A DNA stretch of 48,235 bases from Octopus bimaculoides (GCF_001194135.2 NC_068984.1:106502150-106550384), one strand, 5' to 3'; numbered from the stretch's first letter, positions 1-13,560 are shown. The notes: generated from the letters alone by a model not told the origin. Numbers and translations are program-made.

Positions 1-1
1 A

Positions 2-773
2 ATGAAAAGAAACATAACAAGTAACTGTAGAATATGTGGAGATGGACAAGAAACAATAAATCATATTATCTCTGGCTTCCCAGTCCTGGCAAAGAAGGAA
101 TATATTCACAGACATGACAGACCTGGGACCTATATACACTGGAAGCTATACCAACACTATGAAATAACAAAAGAAAAAGATGGTATAGGCACAGGCCAGA
201 CAGGGTCACAGAAAACGAGAAAGCAACCATACTCTGGGATATGCCAATACACACAGATAGAGAAATTAAGGCCAATAGGCCAGATATAGTTGGCAGACAT
301 CATGAAGAAAAAAATGCTTTCTAATTGATGCATCAATACCAGCAGATGACAACGTTTCCCTAAAAGAAATGAAGAAACTTTCAAAATACAAAGACCTGGA
401 AATAGAAGTAACTCGAATGTGGAATCTAAAAACAAAAACAGTTCCCATCATAGTAGGCGCCTTAGGTATGATAAAAGAATATTCCGACAAATACATAACA
501 AAAACACCAGGACTTACAAATATATATAACATACAGACAATTGCACTACTGGGCACTGCACACATNNNNNNNNNNAAATATATATAACATACAGACAATT
601 GCACTACTGGGCACTGCACACATCCTACGCAAAACATTTTCAATACAGTAACCATAAGAACATCACAATAAACCACAGCACATACCCAGGGCACACAGAG
701 CTGCGCTCAGAAGTGAAGTTTAAGCACGCTATAAACATAAAACTACATAATAATAATAATAATAATAATAATA
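2..773 (+). mobile_element. 3' fragment of R4/Dong-type RLE non-LTR retrotransposon (frameshifted) with 3' UTR and (TAA)n tail
   Basis: Translation shows zinc-knuckle CRICGDGQETINHIISG..L...Y..RHD, then across frameshifts LWDMPIHTDREIKANRPDIV and IDASIPADDNVSLKEMKKLSKYKDLEIEVTRMW..TVPIIVGALG (PD..D..K restriction-like endonuclease). The frame ends ILRKTFSIQ* and a (TAA)n run lies at ~746-773. Confidence 0.85.
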
Positions 774-986
774 CTTTCTCCTATAGGCACAAATCTTGAA
801 ATTTTTGGTGAAGGGGACAGCCGATTTCATCGGCCCCAATACTCAATTGCTACTTAATTTATCAACCCCGAACGTATGAAAGACAAAATCGACTTCAGCG
901 GAATTTGAACTCTGAACGTAAGGACGGTTGAAATGACGCTGAGAATTTTTCCCGGTATGCTAATGTGTCTGCCAGCTCACCGCCTT
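774..986 (-). mobile_element. tRNA-derived SINE (family 1, octopus-type) inserted in the TAA tail
   Basis: Reverse complement starts AAGGCGGTGAGCTGGCAG and has a B-box-like GAGTTCAAATTCCGC and a body shared with copies at 4530, 11905, 20041, 30800, 36912 and 39362. Confidence 0.75.
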
Positions 987-999
987 AATGATAATAATG

Positions 1000-1295
1000 A
1001 TAATAAACAGAGAAATCGGAATAGAAATATGTGAGAGAAATCGAAATTGATATGAGAGAACAGTAAGACCCCAAAACTGCTCTGCTGAGGAAAGCTAGTA
1101 TTTTGAGATTGGTACCTGGTGTTGGATGTCTTCCACGATAAATAACAACCAATTATCAAAGCTTACAATGTGTGGAAAGAGACTCTGTTAGATCTCTGAC
1201 AACAGGCTGCTGTCTGCTCTCACAAAATACACCAGAGCAAACACGACTGAGCGCTCTGAGAAGTAAAACCATAATAAATAAATAAATAAATAAAA
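1000..1295 (+). mobile_element. Short 3'-end fragment of a second R4/Dong-like LINE
   Basis: Encodes KTALLRKASILRLVPG, resembling the LQKTALLGTARILRxVL C-terminus of RLE LINEs. It is preceded by a degenerate TAA tract and followed by a (TAAA)n tail. Confidence 0.55.
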
Positions 1296-2049
1296 CAATG
1301 GAAGTAATTATTCGAAATTAGCAAACCAATGAATTGAAAACATCCATTCTCTCATATTTCTGATTATTGTATATAACATAATATTATAATGCCTGTCATC
1401 GAAAATGACTTAATTAGCTTGCATATTAAGTTACATCACGGCTCGTAGATATCAATAAAATTGAAACATTGAAACTGTGACTATCCTATTTCTTTTTCAC
1501 TCTATAGCTATCTCTGCCTACCATGGTTTTGATGGACGTAGTTTTATCTACTGCGATTTAGTTTATTGTAACGTAATCATCCCATAATTTGTGAAGTGCG
1601 TAATTTGATTAACATGCTTGAAAATGGTGCACGAATTGCTACAAATAAGCAGCTGAGCCTTCACTACAACACATTATTTTTAGTCACTAGTGCAAGAGGA
1701 CATGTTATACCTTTATCTAGAAAGTTACTGTGTCCCTGTGTAATTGAAAATATTACCACACATGTAACTATCCGTAAGAAATAGTGATACTACGGTAGAA
1801 TATATCTGAAAGAAAACGAAAGTTATTACTCGAAATATTAACTATAAAGTTCTGTATAAAAACCAGGTTTCATCCAGGTAAGTGAACAATACGAATATCG
1901 TGGTGAATATAAGGCGGCGTCTTTGTTATTAGATATGCAATTTATTTGAGTAATTTGGTTTGAAAATTGAAATAAGAAGTAGTCATATTCAATTGATAAA
2001 ATTGATAATATTATGAATGATCCTTATAGCCGTTTTCCTTCGATTGGAA

Positions 2050-2990
2050 GAAAAGAAATATAAAGATGGGATTGCAAAAATTACTGCCGTTAAATATTGA
2101 TTAGGAATGTTAAAACTCGAACAGGAATGCTAGTGCACACGAAAAAGTTGCTATGTAATCTGTCACTAAATCAAAAGAAGATACTCGAAGAAAATTACAA
2201 TGATCGTCAAATCTTTTGCGAGGACGAAACCTGCCTTTTCTGGAAGTAAACGCCATCAAGAAATTTTTATAGCAAAACATGAAACCTTGCAGCCTTGTTG
2301 CAAATCATTAAATTATTGGTTAATCACGTTACTTGAAGGCAACACCGAAATGACTTCAAAGAAAAACTGGTCTTTATTAGTCAAACCAAAAAAAAATTTT
2401 AATTTCACAAGCAATCTTTGCAGTCGTTTGGCAACCATATAAAATGGCTTCGGCCACTACGTCACATATTTTGTCCGGATGTTGAAAGATATTGCTAAAG
2501 AAATTAGCTTTCAGTTTTAATAATTTTTTATATGGTCCATTGTCATCTTAACACGCGTAGTATTTCTTATTTTTCTACTAAGCGATATTGTTGCTATATT
2601 CCATGCATCAGAGGACATCAATTACATTAAAGGCTAGTTATAGTAGAAGAACTCAGTAATTAAAGTACCCATTGGAGGTGATATCATTGCTCTTCAAATG
2701 TTTTGGAATAAAATTAACGTTAAGCATACTGCTGAAAATATTCACGAGTCATTCGATAAAATGAAGGGCAGCAGTTTGAAAGAAACTGGATGAAGTAGCA
2801 TCCAAGTATATTTTGCTCGACCGTATAATTTGATAATTTCAAATATCTACTGAATGAACTCATTGATGAAACGGCTACCAATGCTTGAGAATTGGATTTC
2901 GATGATATTGAAGTATTGGTTCCACATAAAAAGTGGTGTCTCATTGAAATCAAACATTAATCATCATGTAAAAAGGAAGAAAATAATATA
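2050..2990 (+). pseudogene. Degenerate pogo/Tigger1-like DDD transposase remnant
   Basis: Broken-frame peptides NVKT...KILEENYNDRQIFCEDETCLFWK*TPSRNF, ITLLEGN..DFKEKLVF and LQMFWNKINVKHTAENIHESF resemble Tigger1 EENYLPEQIFNMDETSLFWKRMP and downstream segments. Many stops and frameshifts. Confidence 0.7.
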
Positions 2991-3197
2991 TGCTCGGAAG
3001 AAAATCATGCTAAAAATACTAGCTGGCCCTTGATAACATTTTTGTTATCAGATTAATGATTTGCCCTACTTACGAATTGTCTACTTTTATTTTAAAGAAA
3101 TAAATATAATTCTCACTAGTTTTCATAGTCAATATGCTTTTGATGTCTGAAATGTCACTTGGTCTACATAATCTAACGCGTCACACATTTTCAAGAT

Positions 3198-3268
3198 GTC
3201 AGGGTGCGATTTGAGGGAAATTTGACTGCTATTTCTAGCAAATAATGTAACCACGTAGATGCTCCGTT
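3198..3268. mobile_element. Short SINE-like repeat fragment
   Basis: AGGGTGCGATTTGAGGGAAATTTGACTGCTATTTCTAGCA resembles a recurrent octopus interspersed repeat; recognised from memory only. Confidence 0.3.
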
Positions 3269-4529
3269 ATCGAAATTATCTTCTCTTATGGAGAAGGGTT
3301 ACGACAGAAGCATTCATAGAGTGATTATGAAAACAATTTGTATAGACACTACACCTCAAATCAATCCAATATAGATCAACAATATATACCCTTCCAGCTA
3401 ATCAGGTAAGTTTATGCTTAGGACTGAACTTGTTACTTTTAATCCAGAAACCAATGTATATTGATCAATATAATGTAGACTGAATGCCCACCTTTTTACT
3501 AAACACTCGACACTGCCTTTTAGCCACTTGATCTATAAACATATGATAGCCGTAACCTTTTTAAAACTCTGTTAATTTTATACACTCACTACCCTAACAA
3601 AATATCTGTTAGATTTCTATTACCTCCTAAATCCAGATGGCGTTGACACTTTAGAAGCAACAGCAGTTTCTATCGACTAAAACGTTCAAAACTACGACTG
3701 GTTAACTCTTGTGTTTAATCAAGTATTTTTATTGAAAACACAAGAAATGTTACAGGAAATAGCTGTACTTCAACATTTTGTCATTTGTTGATATTTAAGA
3801 ATACTTCAGAAAGAACTTTGGAGTAAGCTTATGTTTGCTTTTTATTTTGAGAATAATACAAAATTTGACTCAGATTCATGAATCGTCTTTACTTTGCTTT
3901 TTATGAATTCTCTTTCATTCTAAGTCAATGATTCATTATAAAGAGCAAGAAACCAACCCGTGTTTATTCTGGATATACTTTTTTTTATCTTCAATGGTTC
4001 TGCCAAAAGTCTGGAATGATATATTACAACTAATTCAATTTTGAAACGGTCTCAAATACAATTACATGATCCACACAATTTGCCAAACATATATATTGCA
4101 GTTCACTGATTTGACATAACATCACCTTATTTCTCGTAACAAACGCTGTTCACATCCAGTTACTAACGATCTACTGTTTAAACGGCCATGACACGTAATG
4201 CACGCTGGATTAGTTCATAGTATTCGGAACCGGAATCAAAGAGGTGACTGAAAAATTGCTTAGTGTGATTTGCGATGCTAAGTGCAAATATGTAACCAGT
4301 AAATATATATATTTGAAAGCGCTCAGATTCAACAGACTAACTGGTACCACAAAATTTCACAGGAACCTCAAGGCCACGCGTTTCAAAACATATTTTGGAA
4401 CGTATTATCTGCACTTTCACCATTCAAGGGAAGATAAGTAAATTTAAATAGAAACTGTATAGTGAACACTGTCATCATAAGCAAACAGCAAGTTTTATTA
4501 TGAATCTTCTGCAAAAATAAATAAAATTA

Positions 4530-4750
4530 TCCTTTCCATTATATGCACAAAGGTTGAAATTTTGGGGAACGGGGCCAGTCGATTACACGACTTCAGTGAT
4601 TGACTGGTACTAATCGATTTTAAATCGATCTCCTAAAGAATGAACAACAAAGATGACAACGGCAGAATTTGAACTCAGAACTCAAAGACGAGCAAAATTA
4701 CAACAAGCACGTTGTTCGAGATGCTTTAAAGATTCTGCTAGGTCGCTGCT
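4530..4750 (-). mobile_element. tRNA-derived SINE (family 1), degenerate
   Basis: Collinear with 774-986: GCACAAAGGTTGAAATTTTGGGG..GTCGATTA..ACTGGTACT..GGCAGAATTTGAACTCAGAA. Confidence 0.7.
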
Positions 4751-7519
4751 AAAGAATTTAGTAGCTAATAAAAAGGATATGATGCAGTTTTCATCTGAAA
4801 CAATTTTTTTTTTTTACCTAAATAGACTTTAAGACGTATAATGAAGTTTGAACAATAATTTTCTTCTGTTTCTCTTAAGATATAAAGACTAATTTTCTGT
4901 TATGAACTGTTGGTGTCATTTCGGTTATATATACAAGTTTATGTTTTAGCATTTCCTAAATATTGACTTTTTGACACTGCAATTTAATTAGAACTATACC
5001 ATAATACTTCTCATAGATATAAATACTTACGGTGATCTCTCTTTTTCTTTCTCTTTCTTTCTCTCTCTCTCTTTTTCTCTCTCTTTGTACATACATACAT
5101 GTATGTATGNNNNNNNNNNNNNNNNNNNNNNNNNNNNNNNNNNNNNNNNNNNNNNNNNNNNNNNNNNNNNNNNNNNNNNNNNNNNNNNNNNNNNNNNNNN
5201 NNNNNNNNNNNNNNNNNNNNNNNNNNNNNNNNNNNNNNNNNNNNNNNNNNNNNNNNNNNNNNNNNNNNNNNNNNNNNNNNNNNNNNNNNNNNNNNNNNNN
5301 NNNNNNNNNNNNNNNNNNNNNNNNNNNNNNNNNNNNNNNNNNNNNNNNNNNNNNNNNNNNNNNNNNNNNNNNNNNNNNNNNNNNNNNNNNNNNNNNNNNN
5401 NNNNNNNNNNNNNNNNNNNNNNNNNNNNNNNNNNNNNNNNNNNNNNNNNNNNNNNNNNNNNNNNNNNNNNNNNNNNNNNNNNNNNNNNNNNNNNNNNNNN
5501 NNNNNNNNNNNNNNNNNNNNNNNNNNNNNNNNNNNNNNNNNNNNNNNNNNNNNNNNNNNNNNNNNNNNNNNNNNNNNNNNNNNNNNNNNNNNNNNNNNNN
5601 NNNNNNNNNNNNNNNNNNNNNNNNNNNNNNNNNNNNNNNNNNNNNNNNNNNNNNNNNNNNNNNNNNNNNNNNNNNNNNNNNNNNNNNNNNNNNNNNNNNN
5701 NNNNNNNNNNNNNNNNNNNNNNNNNNNNNNNNNNNNNNNNNNNNNNNNNNNNNNNNNNNNNNNNNNNNNNNNNNNNNNNNNNNNNNNNNNNNNNNNNNNN
5801 NNNNNNNNNNNNNNNNNNNNNNNNNNNNNGCGTGTGTGCGTGTGTGTGTATGTGTGTATTTATAAATTTACTCAAAAAATTGTCCCTGAATTAACAAACT
5901 TGAAAAGATATATGAACATTTTTTTTTTTATTTCCTATCACTTTTCAAAACGTGAATATATTCTTTTGCAAAATCATTTGGAAAAAGAGTTTTCAATCCT
6001 TTTATAATATTTTAAAAAGCTTCCGAACTTTTGACGTTATATTTATTACATATGAAATACATAATTAGACAAATAAACCAGTTAATTTCACAAGTAACAA
6101 ATCTTACAGAAATCTTTCTTTTCAAACAAATAATAAATACCCTCTAGTAACACGAGAATGTTTAACATTAAATACATCAAGTAAATCAACTGTTTTAATC
6201 TTGAAAACTACGGACTTAATCCTTGAATAAATTCTTTTGAATCAGAATGCTAGGCAGAAGCAGTACCCTGTATAAATAACAAAATAACAAAAGAAACATT
6301 TGCCTTTTAAAGAGAATTAAAGATCAGGCTAACATCTTTATTTGGCAGAAAATTAACTTGAGGCTATCGATATTCTTTATGATTTCATCTTATTCATTTT
6401 AAATCGTTTCGTTTCGGCCATCAACAAAACAAATAACGAAATCAAAACTGTTTTATTTCAAACATTTACTGCTTTAATAAGAACAATGTTAGGAGACTAT
6501 TCTTGACGATTAAATTATACCAATATTACTTAACCCGTGTTGGATTTTATTTACTGTCATATTTCACTTTGTATTTTCTCCCAAAACGTTTTGCATGGAC
6601 AAATTGCGAGTAGCTTAATGTTAGTGAATGAATTTTTGTTTGGAAAATTTCTTAAGAGTCTCTACTTCGATTATTGTTCTTTTTACTTTCTCCTTCTGTA
6701 ACAAGGTCTGCCTGTGTTTCCCACCTTCACTTTAAATAGCTTACTACTTCAGCATTGAAGTACTTTTCATTTTTATCACTCTTGTGCCTCCATAAATAAA
6801 TCACGACTCATTGATTATTATTCTTTATTCATTTGTTTTACTATTTTCTTCCTTCTATTATAGTTTTAATCATGATTATGAATAATTTAATCGGATGAAA
6901 CAAACAATGCTAAAATATTACACGAATCATTAAATGAAATATAACTTCCAATAAAAGATATTACGAAAATGACAATAAAACTAGCAGTCATTGCATGTCA
7001 GTGCATTCACTCATCATAAAGAATATTTTCTAAATGTTCTCTTGATGATATTCATAGATTCCATTTAATGAAAGAATGTCATGTTGCCGTGTGATTTCTG
7101 AAAAGAGTAATGAAACATGCTACATCAAGTAGTGATATTTAAAACCCAAATAATTCCATTTAGGATTATGAATGTGGCAGCATTATACATTGCTTTAAAT
7201 TAAATTAGTGTACATTGACAGCAGCAAGGAATATAAAATAAAAATAACATCGACTTCATTGAATACCCACATGTCCAATGATAGAGCTTTGTAACATGTT
7301 TTAAGATTTGAAATTTCAAAACTATACGAGAAACCTGAAGAATCTTTGCCAACGGCTATACTTTCAACGTATTGTCTACTTTGTAAGAATGATTTGATAT
7401 CAATACATTTTCTCAGCTTGAGAACCAAACAATTCACAATAAAGTATTGACTAAGGTTTGTCTTCTTGGATAATTCATTTCTTAGATACAAGACAAAAAT
7501 ATCGCTTTAAGAATGAAAA

Positions 7520-7775
7520 TACTACTGTATCTACCTGACCATCGGATGCCGTTACACAACGCTGGTCACAATGTGCTTGCCCACATTGTTTTAGCTTTTG
7601 AATGATGCCACCCCGCTAGCTAGACGGGCAGGCTAACATTCCTTCTGGATAAAGCGCCAGTCTTTTATCAGGTTATCCATTTACATCTGTGTGAACTTGC
7701 TTAAGAACACGCACTGTTGGTCTGGGAATCGAAACCACGATCTCGCAAGCAACACTCACACCATTAGGCTAAGTT
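7520..7775 (-). mobile_element. tRNA-derived SINE (another family)
   Basis: Ends in a reverse-complement tRNA-like head (GGGAATCGAAACCACGATCTC...CACCATTAGGCTA); body GCTGGTCACAATGTGC..TGCCACCCCGCTAGC. Confidence 0.5.
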
Positions 7776-8659
7776 CTTGTAAAAACATATATAAAATGAT
7801 TTAAAAAGACCTTGTTTATTATATAACAGTGACAGCAATTCTCTTCAAGGAGATATCCTGCCACTGTTGATACTAATTTTCACATCTCCCGTTATATAAA
7901 ATAACCATCAAACAAACCAAAATCTAAATATCGGCTTTCATTTTTGTTGAGGGAAAAATCTCGAAAGTCGAAAGTACCAAACAAAGTATTACGAAATGGA
8001 CAGTAGGATGGATACATTTGCACTGCTGGTACAATTGCTATAAAAACAACTTAAACCTATATATTTTGGATTCAAATATCCCATTGTGATTGAATTTATG
8101 TTTCAGCCTTCTAGTATTTTTCTGGAGTTCTTTGAAACTGTATGACTATGCACAAATATGCTTACAATAAGTGTATTTTAAAAACTTTAGGAATTAATAT
8201 GTCTAAATCTACCCTTATCTTGACTCTGAATTTATTTAATCAAAAGGTTATTGAGAATGGATATTGTTTGTTCTATAAATTTTGTATATTCTGTTTATGC
8301 ACGCGGAGCAGCACAGATACACAAAGCAAACAACTTTTTATAGCATGACATTTAATTCCACTAACATGGCTTCTATGGCAGTTGGAAATATTTTTATATA
8401 GTTATTCTCTAAAACAAGTGGATAATTTTAGTTTCGCAAAACCCCATAGCACAACTACATATCTATATTTCTGCAGCTTTATGCAGATTAGACTTAAACA
8501 TACATTAGTAAAGGTTGGCATTGATGGTATGAATAGCCCACGGTCATCAAAACTATACTAATTCTTGATCTTCACAGGCTGAATTGCGCATGTAAAATTT
8601 AGAATATTGCTTTTAACAAAGTAGCAAAATATTGCCTGTATATATGAAGTTACGATTTA

Positions 8660-10010
8660 CAGGAATTCCCTACTTTACGTAAGTGATGCGTTTCTGAAAA
8701 TCTGGTCAGAACGTGAAACTCTGTAATGCGAAATCAACTTGGCTAGTGATTTTCGGACATTTTCGAAAGGGAAAAAAGAAGCACTAATAAACAGCAGAGA
8801 ACAAGTAACACTATCACTTTATATATGAAAATAACTATTTCTAAACATACACGGTACTATATGGATACATAAAAACAGAAAAACATTGCAAGAGGAATAA
8901 GTTAGGGAATTAATAAGAATCGTAATATCATAAGCGTATGTTCTTAACACAAAAGATATCGACTGCTGTGTCAGGGGTGATAGTGGATTGAGCAGTGCTA
9001 GAAGGATGAGGGACAATATTTACTATCATACAGTTCATCATCACCAACATCAGCTTGAGAGGTGAATAACTTATCTAAAGTTGTTGTTTATTACGCATCA
9101 TCTTTTTGTACATTTCCGTATCAGAATTGAGCTCATTGTAAACTTCTCTTGTTATTTTTGTTACGTTCACGATTATCATCAAAAACCAGCAGACATTCCT
9201 CTATAGGTACCAACCCATTAGCAATCATTTTTGCAGTCAATTTACGTTTTATAGGTGGAACTTCTGTTGCCTCATCTGTATTCTCAGATTGTTCTTTTTC
9301 TAACAGTATCAGCTCCTCGTTACATAAACTTGCTTTCTGGAACACTAGTACAGCCATCACATTTTCTTCAAATCTTAAATCCTGTGAGTTTCTGCTTTGG
9401 AAAAGCTTGTAATATTACGGATACTGTCTGGTCATAAAGTTTTTCAAGCACTATATAAAGCTGAAGGTTTGACTTCATCTCATGAGTCATCGGTATTATC
9501 CACAGCATCCATTTTGTTGAATGTCTTTCAGAAATCTCAAACTGCAGCTCTCTGTCAATTGCTTTCAGAAGCTATTTGAAAATTATTCTCGTACAATATG
9601 CCTTTCAAACCGGCCTTTACTAGCCAAAAAGGATTTATCAGTCAAATTCCATTTTCTATTTTCGGCAAATTGTCATATAAACTTTTGGTTGTTTTTTTTT
9701 AAATTACAGTCGTGTTTATCGGCACATTATGCCATTTCTGATACTCGAAGTCATTCCATTTGTAACATTACATTAGATATATAGATAAATAAGGTCTGGA
9801 CAGTTAACGGAGTATCTTGAGATCTTCTTTCTGTTGTCATATATTGTTACCACTGCTGACGTTGCAAGATTTAATGATTTGGCAAACTTAATTTCAATTC
9901 CAAATCAAGTTTTTTTTTAAACTTCGAGTTTAATATCCAGTGTAATCAGTTTATAGTTCCTTTTCATATTACTGCCTTCAAGTCTACTTGAAATTTTCTC
10001 TCCAGACATC
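8660..10010 (-). mobile_element. Internally deleted Tigger/pogo-like DNA transposon remnant
   Basis: Minus strand from ATG at ~10009: KLITLDIKLEV..AKSLNLATSAVVTIYDNRKKI (Psq HTH) and FLASKGRFER (CENP-B HTH). It then jumps to DF*KTFNKMDAVDNTDDS*DEVKPS and EELILLEKE..RKLTAKMIANGL (Tigger C-terminus). A TIR-like TA|CAGGAATTCCCTACTTTACG lies at 8658-8680. Confidence 0.7.
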
Positions 10011-10616
10011 TTGAATTGAAGGCAAATTCAACAGCAGCGGCGATTAATTGTCCATAACAAATATGTAGTAAAAATAATTGGCTTCAGAAAGATTTGCTCT
10101 GTAAGAACAAAATTGTCTTATTCCAATGGATGTAATAATGAAAGTGAGATGAAAAGGTGAAGTACTGGGGAAGAGAAAGTATTATATTATTGCAGTTAGC
10201 TGAAGGGTCACCAAACCTATACGCAATTAGCCCCTTGCACTTTTGACTTAAGATATAAACGTACTCACAGACACACACACACTCATGCAAGCACGTGTTG
10301 GCGTACATGCTGATGTCTGTTGTAGCCAGTTGAATACGGAAGCTGGTAGGTTGATAGGGGTGATGATGTCAGTTGCATTTGTTTAGATATTTGTAACGGT
10401 GGGCAAGTAATGTTGGTGGTGTAGTCATCATATTGTTCTTGCTAATTGTATTGTTATGGATGTTCAGTCTGAAATTAATCCTCATCACCTAAGATCAAAG
10501 ACATTTCATTCAATTTTTAAAATACATTAAGATACCACATTATACGTTTCTCTTTGAAATGGATTTGCTTATCTACTGCATAATATGTATTACTATTGTG
10601 TTGGTGTTGATGATAG

Positions 10617-10619
<3 letters not shown>

Positions 10620-10693
<74 letters not shown>
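10620..10693. repeat. (CA)n microsatellite abutting assembly gap
   Basis: Direct reading; followed by N-run 10694-10850. Confidence 0.98.
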
Positions 10694-11253
10694 NNNNNNN
10701 NNNNNNNNNNNNNNNNNNNNNNNNNNNNNNNNNNNNNNNNNNNNNNNNNNNNNNNNNNNNNNNNNNNNNNNNNNNNNNNNNNNNNNNNNNNNNNNNNNNN
10801 NNNNNNNNNNNNNNNNNNNNNNNNNNNNNNNNNNNNNNNNNNNNNNNNNNTATATATATATATGTACATGCACACACACACACACACATGTCTGTGTGTA
10901 AAGTTATGATAGTTTTTGAAATCGTTAACTACATACTTTGGTTTTAAGTAAACGCAAGTGACCATTGAGCTAAGAAGAACGTAGTTTTAAATTAACAATT
11001 TAAAACTACGCAATAAGAGTTTATGTAAGAGCGAAATTAAAGGTAATCCTTTACAATTTCTGTCACCACCAAATCCCAGAACCCAAGGAAGCCGTAACGC
11101 GGCGATGCACATATCAGTGGTTGGTCTATCACGATGCCACCTCTGTTGTACTCAGACTTGATGAATACACATGACTGGGAAATTGTCACGAATCCCGTCT
11201 CTACGAAAGATCTGTTCTGTTACATACATAAACTTATAAAAACCAGAAATCAG

Positions 11254-11295
11254 AGTTTAATTGAGGCAGATGAAAGTTTAATTGAGGCAGATGAA
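11254..11295. repeat. Perfect 21-bp tandem duplication
   Basis: AGTTTAATTGAGGCAGATGAA x2. Confidence 0.95.
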
Positions 11296-11487
11296 GGAAG
11301 TGATGACAAGATGTCAAATTAGGAATGGAACAGCAAAAGTATAGAAAAGAAAATTCTAAAAGTAAACGTTCATAAGAATTAAATTGTATTAAGTTGAATG
11401 AAAAGTAGTATTAAAGTAATTCACATCGTCTGAGTTAGAGAAAACTATATTCATATCTAACTTTTAAACGGCAACAAATTTACAAGA

Positions 11488-11747
11488 GAGGGACATATTC
11501 GACTGAAATAATCTTAGTAGAGACAAATTTGACTGAGTTGTCCTTGGTGACCAAAGTCAACCAATTTGACTTCTCCTGAAAAAAGTTTACTGATTTAACT
11601 GCAATGGGTAAAGCCGAGTGATTTGATCCTAGTAGACAAAGTTGACCGAGCTGACCTAAGGGGTGGGGAGTCGACGGACTTAACTCCCCCTAAGACAATG
11701 TTGAATGAATTGACCTAATAGGCGAAGTCGAATAATTTGATTCCTGT
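11488..11747. repeat. Degenerate ~28-30-bp minisatellite, ~9 units
   Basis: Units align by eye to approx. AGACAAAGTYGACTGATTTGACCTAGT, e.g. AGACAAAGTTGACCGAGCTGACCTAAGG and GGGTAAAGCCGAGTGATTTGATCCTAGT. Confidence 0.6.
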
Positions 11748-11904
11748 ACGAAAATAGAGTGTATATATGTTTTAATCCAGAATTTAAGTAAATATCACAA
11801 TGTAAATACCGCTATGTAAGTAAATACTACAAGGAACCAACTCAGATAATTTACTGTTTCTGTAACTGGGCGATCTTCAGCCAAGGGAATAATATGTATT
11901 TGTA

Positions 11905-12088
11905 ATAATTTTGAAGGAAGGCATAGTCGATTAAATCGACTTCTATACTTGGCTGGTATTTTGTTTTCTAGATCACTGAAGGGTGAAAAACAGTCGACGT
12001 TGCCAGGATTTGAATTCAGGATGAACAGAGACGACTGAATACTGCAAGTTAGTCCAAAGTCTAACTAATTCCGTTAATCCATCACCAT
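11905..12088 (-). mobile_element. tRNA-derived SINE (family 1), degenerate
   Basis: TAGTCGATTAAATCGAC..GCTGGTATT..AGTCGACGTTGCCAGGATTTGAATTCAG, collinear with 774-986. Confidence 0.55.
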
Positions 12089-12846
12089 AAGGAAGAAATT
12101 AATACTGTCATCTACATAGAACAGAAAGAGGATTAGAAATAAATGGTCGTCTGTTTTAGTCATATATTCGGTTAGAAAGCATTATTGACGTAGTTGTCTT
12201 GTTTTGAAATGGCGTTTGATGAATCTCTGTTCGCCATTAGTTTAGTAAACATTGCCTGTTAATTCATTACAGCGTTGGGAATCCAATAGTTTTAATTTAG
12301 AATTCGACGCAAAATTGTCTAGAGCATCAAATAGAGTGTTAAAGTGATTACTCAATTAATTTATTTAAAAATCACACCGAGATTAGAATTGATACTATTG
12401 GATTACCGTACAAAACCAAGCACTCAAGTTAATATAAAAGTACATAACGCCATTACCAGAACTAACAGATTGCGTTTGATATCTGCTGTGTGACGTCGTG
12501 TATATATATTAATCAAGCTCAGTATTGTTAATAGAATCATATGGTTACACATTTTTGTTTCATTGCAAATTCATTTGCTGACGACAATAAACGTGAGAAT
12601 ATTCACTGCAGATTTTGATTTGAAAACACACACACACACACAAACACACACATACAAGCACACGCACACTTACACACACTCACACACACACACACACACC
12701 CGTGTGTGTGCGTATATATATAGATATATATATATATGTATATATATACGTATTCAGCGACCTTTCTATCGATATGTATATATTCATGTATATATATACA
12801 TACATACATACGCGCACGCGCACATACAAATGCACACACACAAATG

Positions 12847-12878
<32 letters not shown>

Positions 12879-13560
12879 ATTAAAATATGTGGCATTGTTA
12901 TTAGAAGGACCCTGTTCAGATTACATGCATGGTGGCTATCAACTCGTGGATGAGTATGCCCACCAACGAAAAATGATCTTATCCTTGTTGGGAGATGTCT
13001 AAAGAAAGACTAAGGGTTTCCCATACTCCTAGACAGAAATACATACAATCATGTGCGCGAGTATATAATTGCGTATGTATGCTTATATATGTGTGTGTGT
13101 GTGTGTATGGATGTATGGATGTTTGTATATATATATNNNNNNNNNNNNNNNNNNNNNNNNNNNNNNNNNNNNNNNNNNNNNNNNNNNNNNNNNNNNNNNN
13201 NNNNNNNNNNNNNNNNNNNNNNNNNNNNNNNNNNNNNNNNNNNNNNNNNNNNNNNNNNNNNNNNNNNNNNNNNNNNNNNNNNNNNNNNNNNNNNNNNNNN
13301 NNNNNNNNNNNNNNNNNNNNNNNNNNNNNNNNNNNNNNNNNNNNNNNNNNNNNNNNNNNNNNNNNNNNNNNNNNNNNNNNNNNNNNNNNNNNNNNNNNNN
13401 NNNNNNNNNNNNNNNNNNNNNNNNNNNNNNNNNNNNNNNNNNNNNNNNNNNNNNNNNNNNNNNNNNNNNNNNNNNNNNNNNNNNNNNNNNNNNNNNNNNN
13501 NNNNNNNNNNNNNNNNNNNNNNNNNNNNNNNNNNNNNNNNNNNNNNNNNNNNNNNNNNNN

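Noticed and set aside
518-622. ~48-bp direct duplication inside the R4 element
   Set aside because: The copies flank a 10-N gap (566-575) exactly, as expected of unmerged overlapping contig ends.
11488-11747. CRISPR-array interpretation of the ~29-bp periodicity
   Set aside because: Eukaryotic context, contiguous degenerate units without unique spacers, and no cas genes.
11830-11890. Minus-strand CTGAAGA-N13-GAAAC
   Set aside because: Neither stem II nor stem I can be formed.
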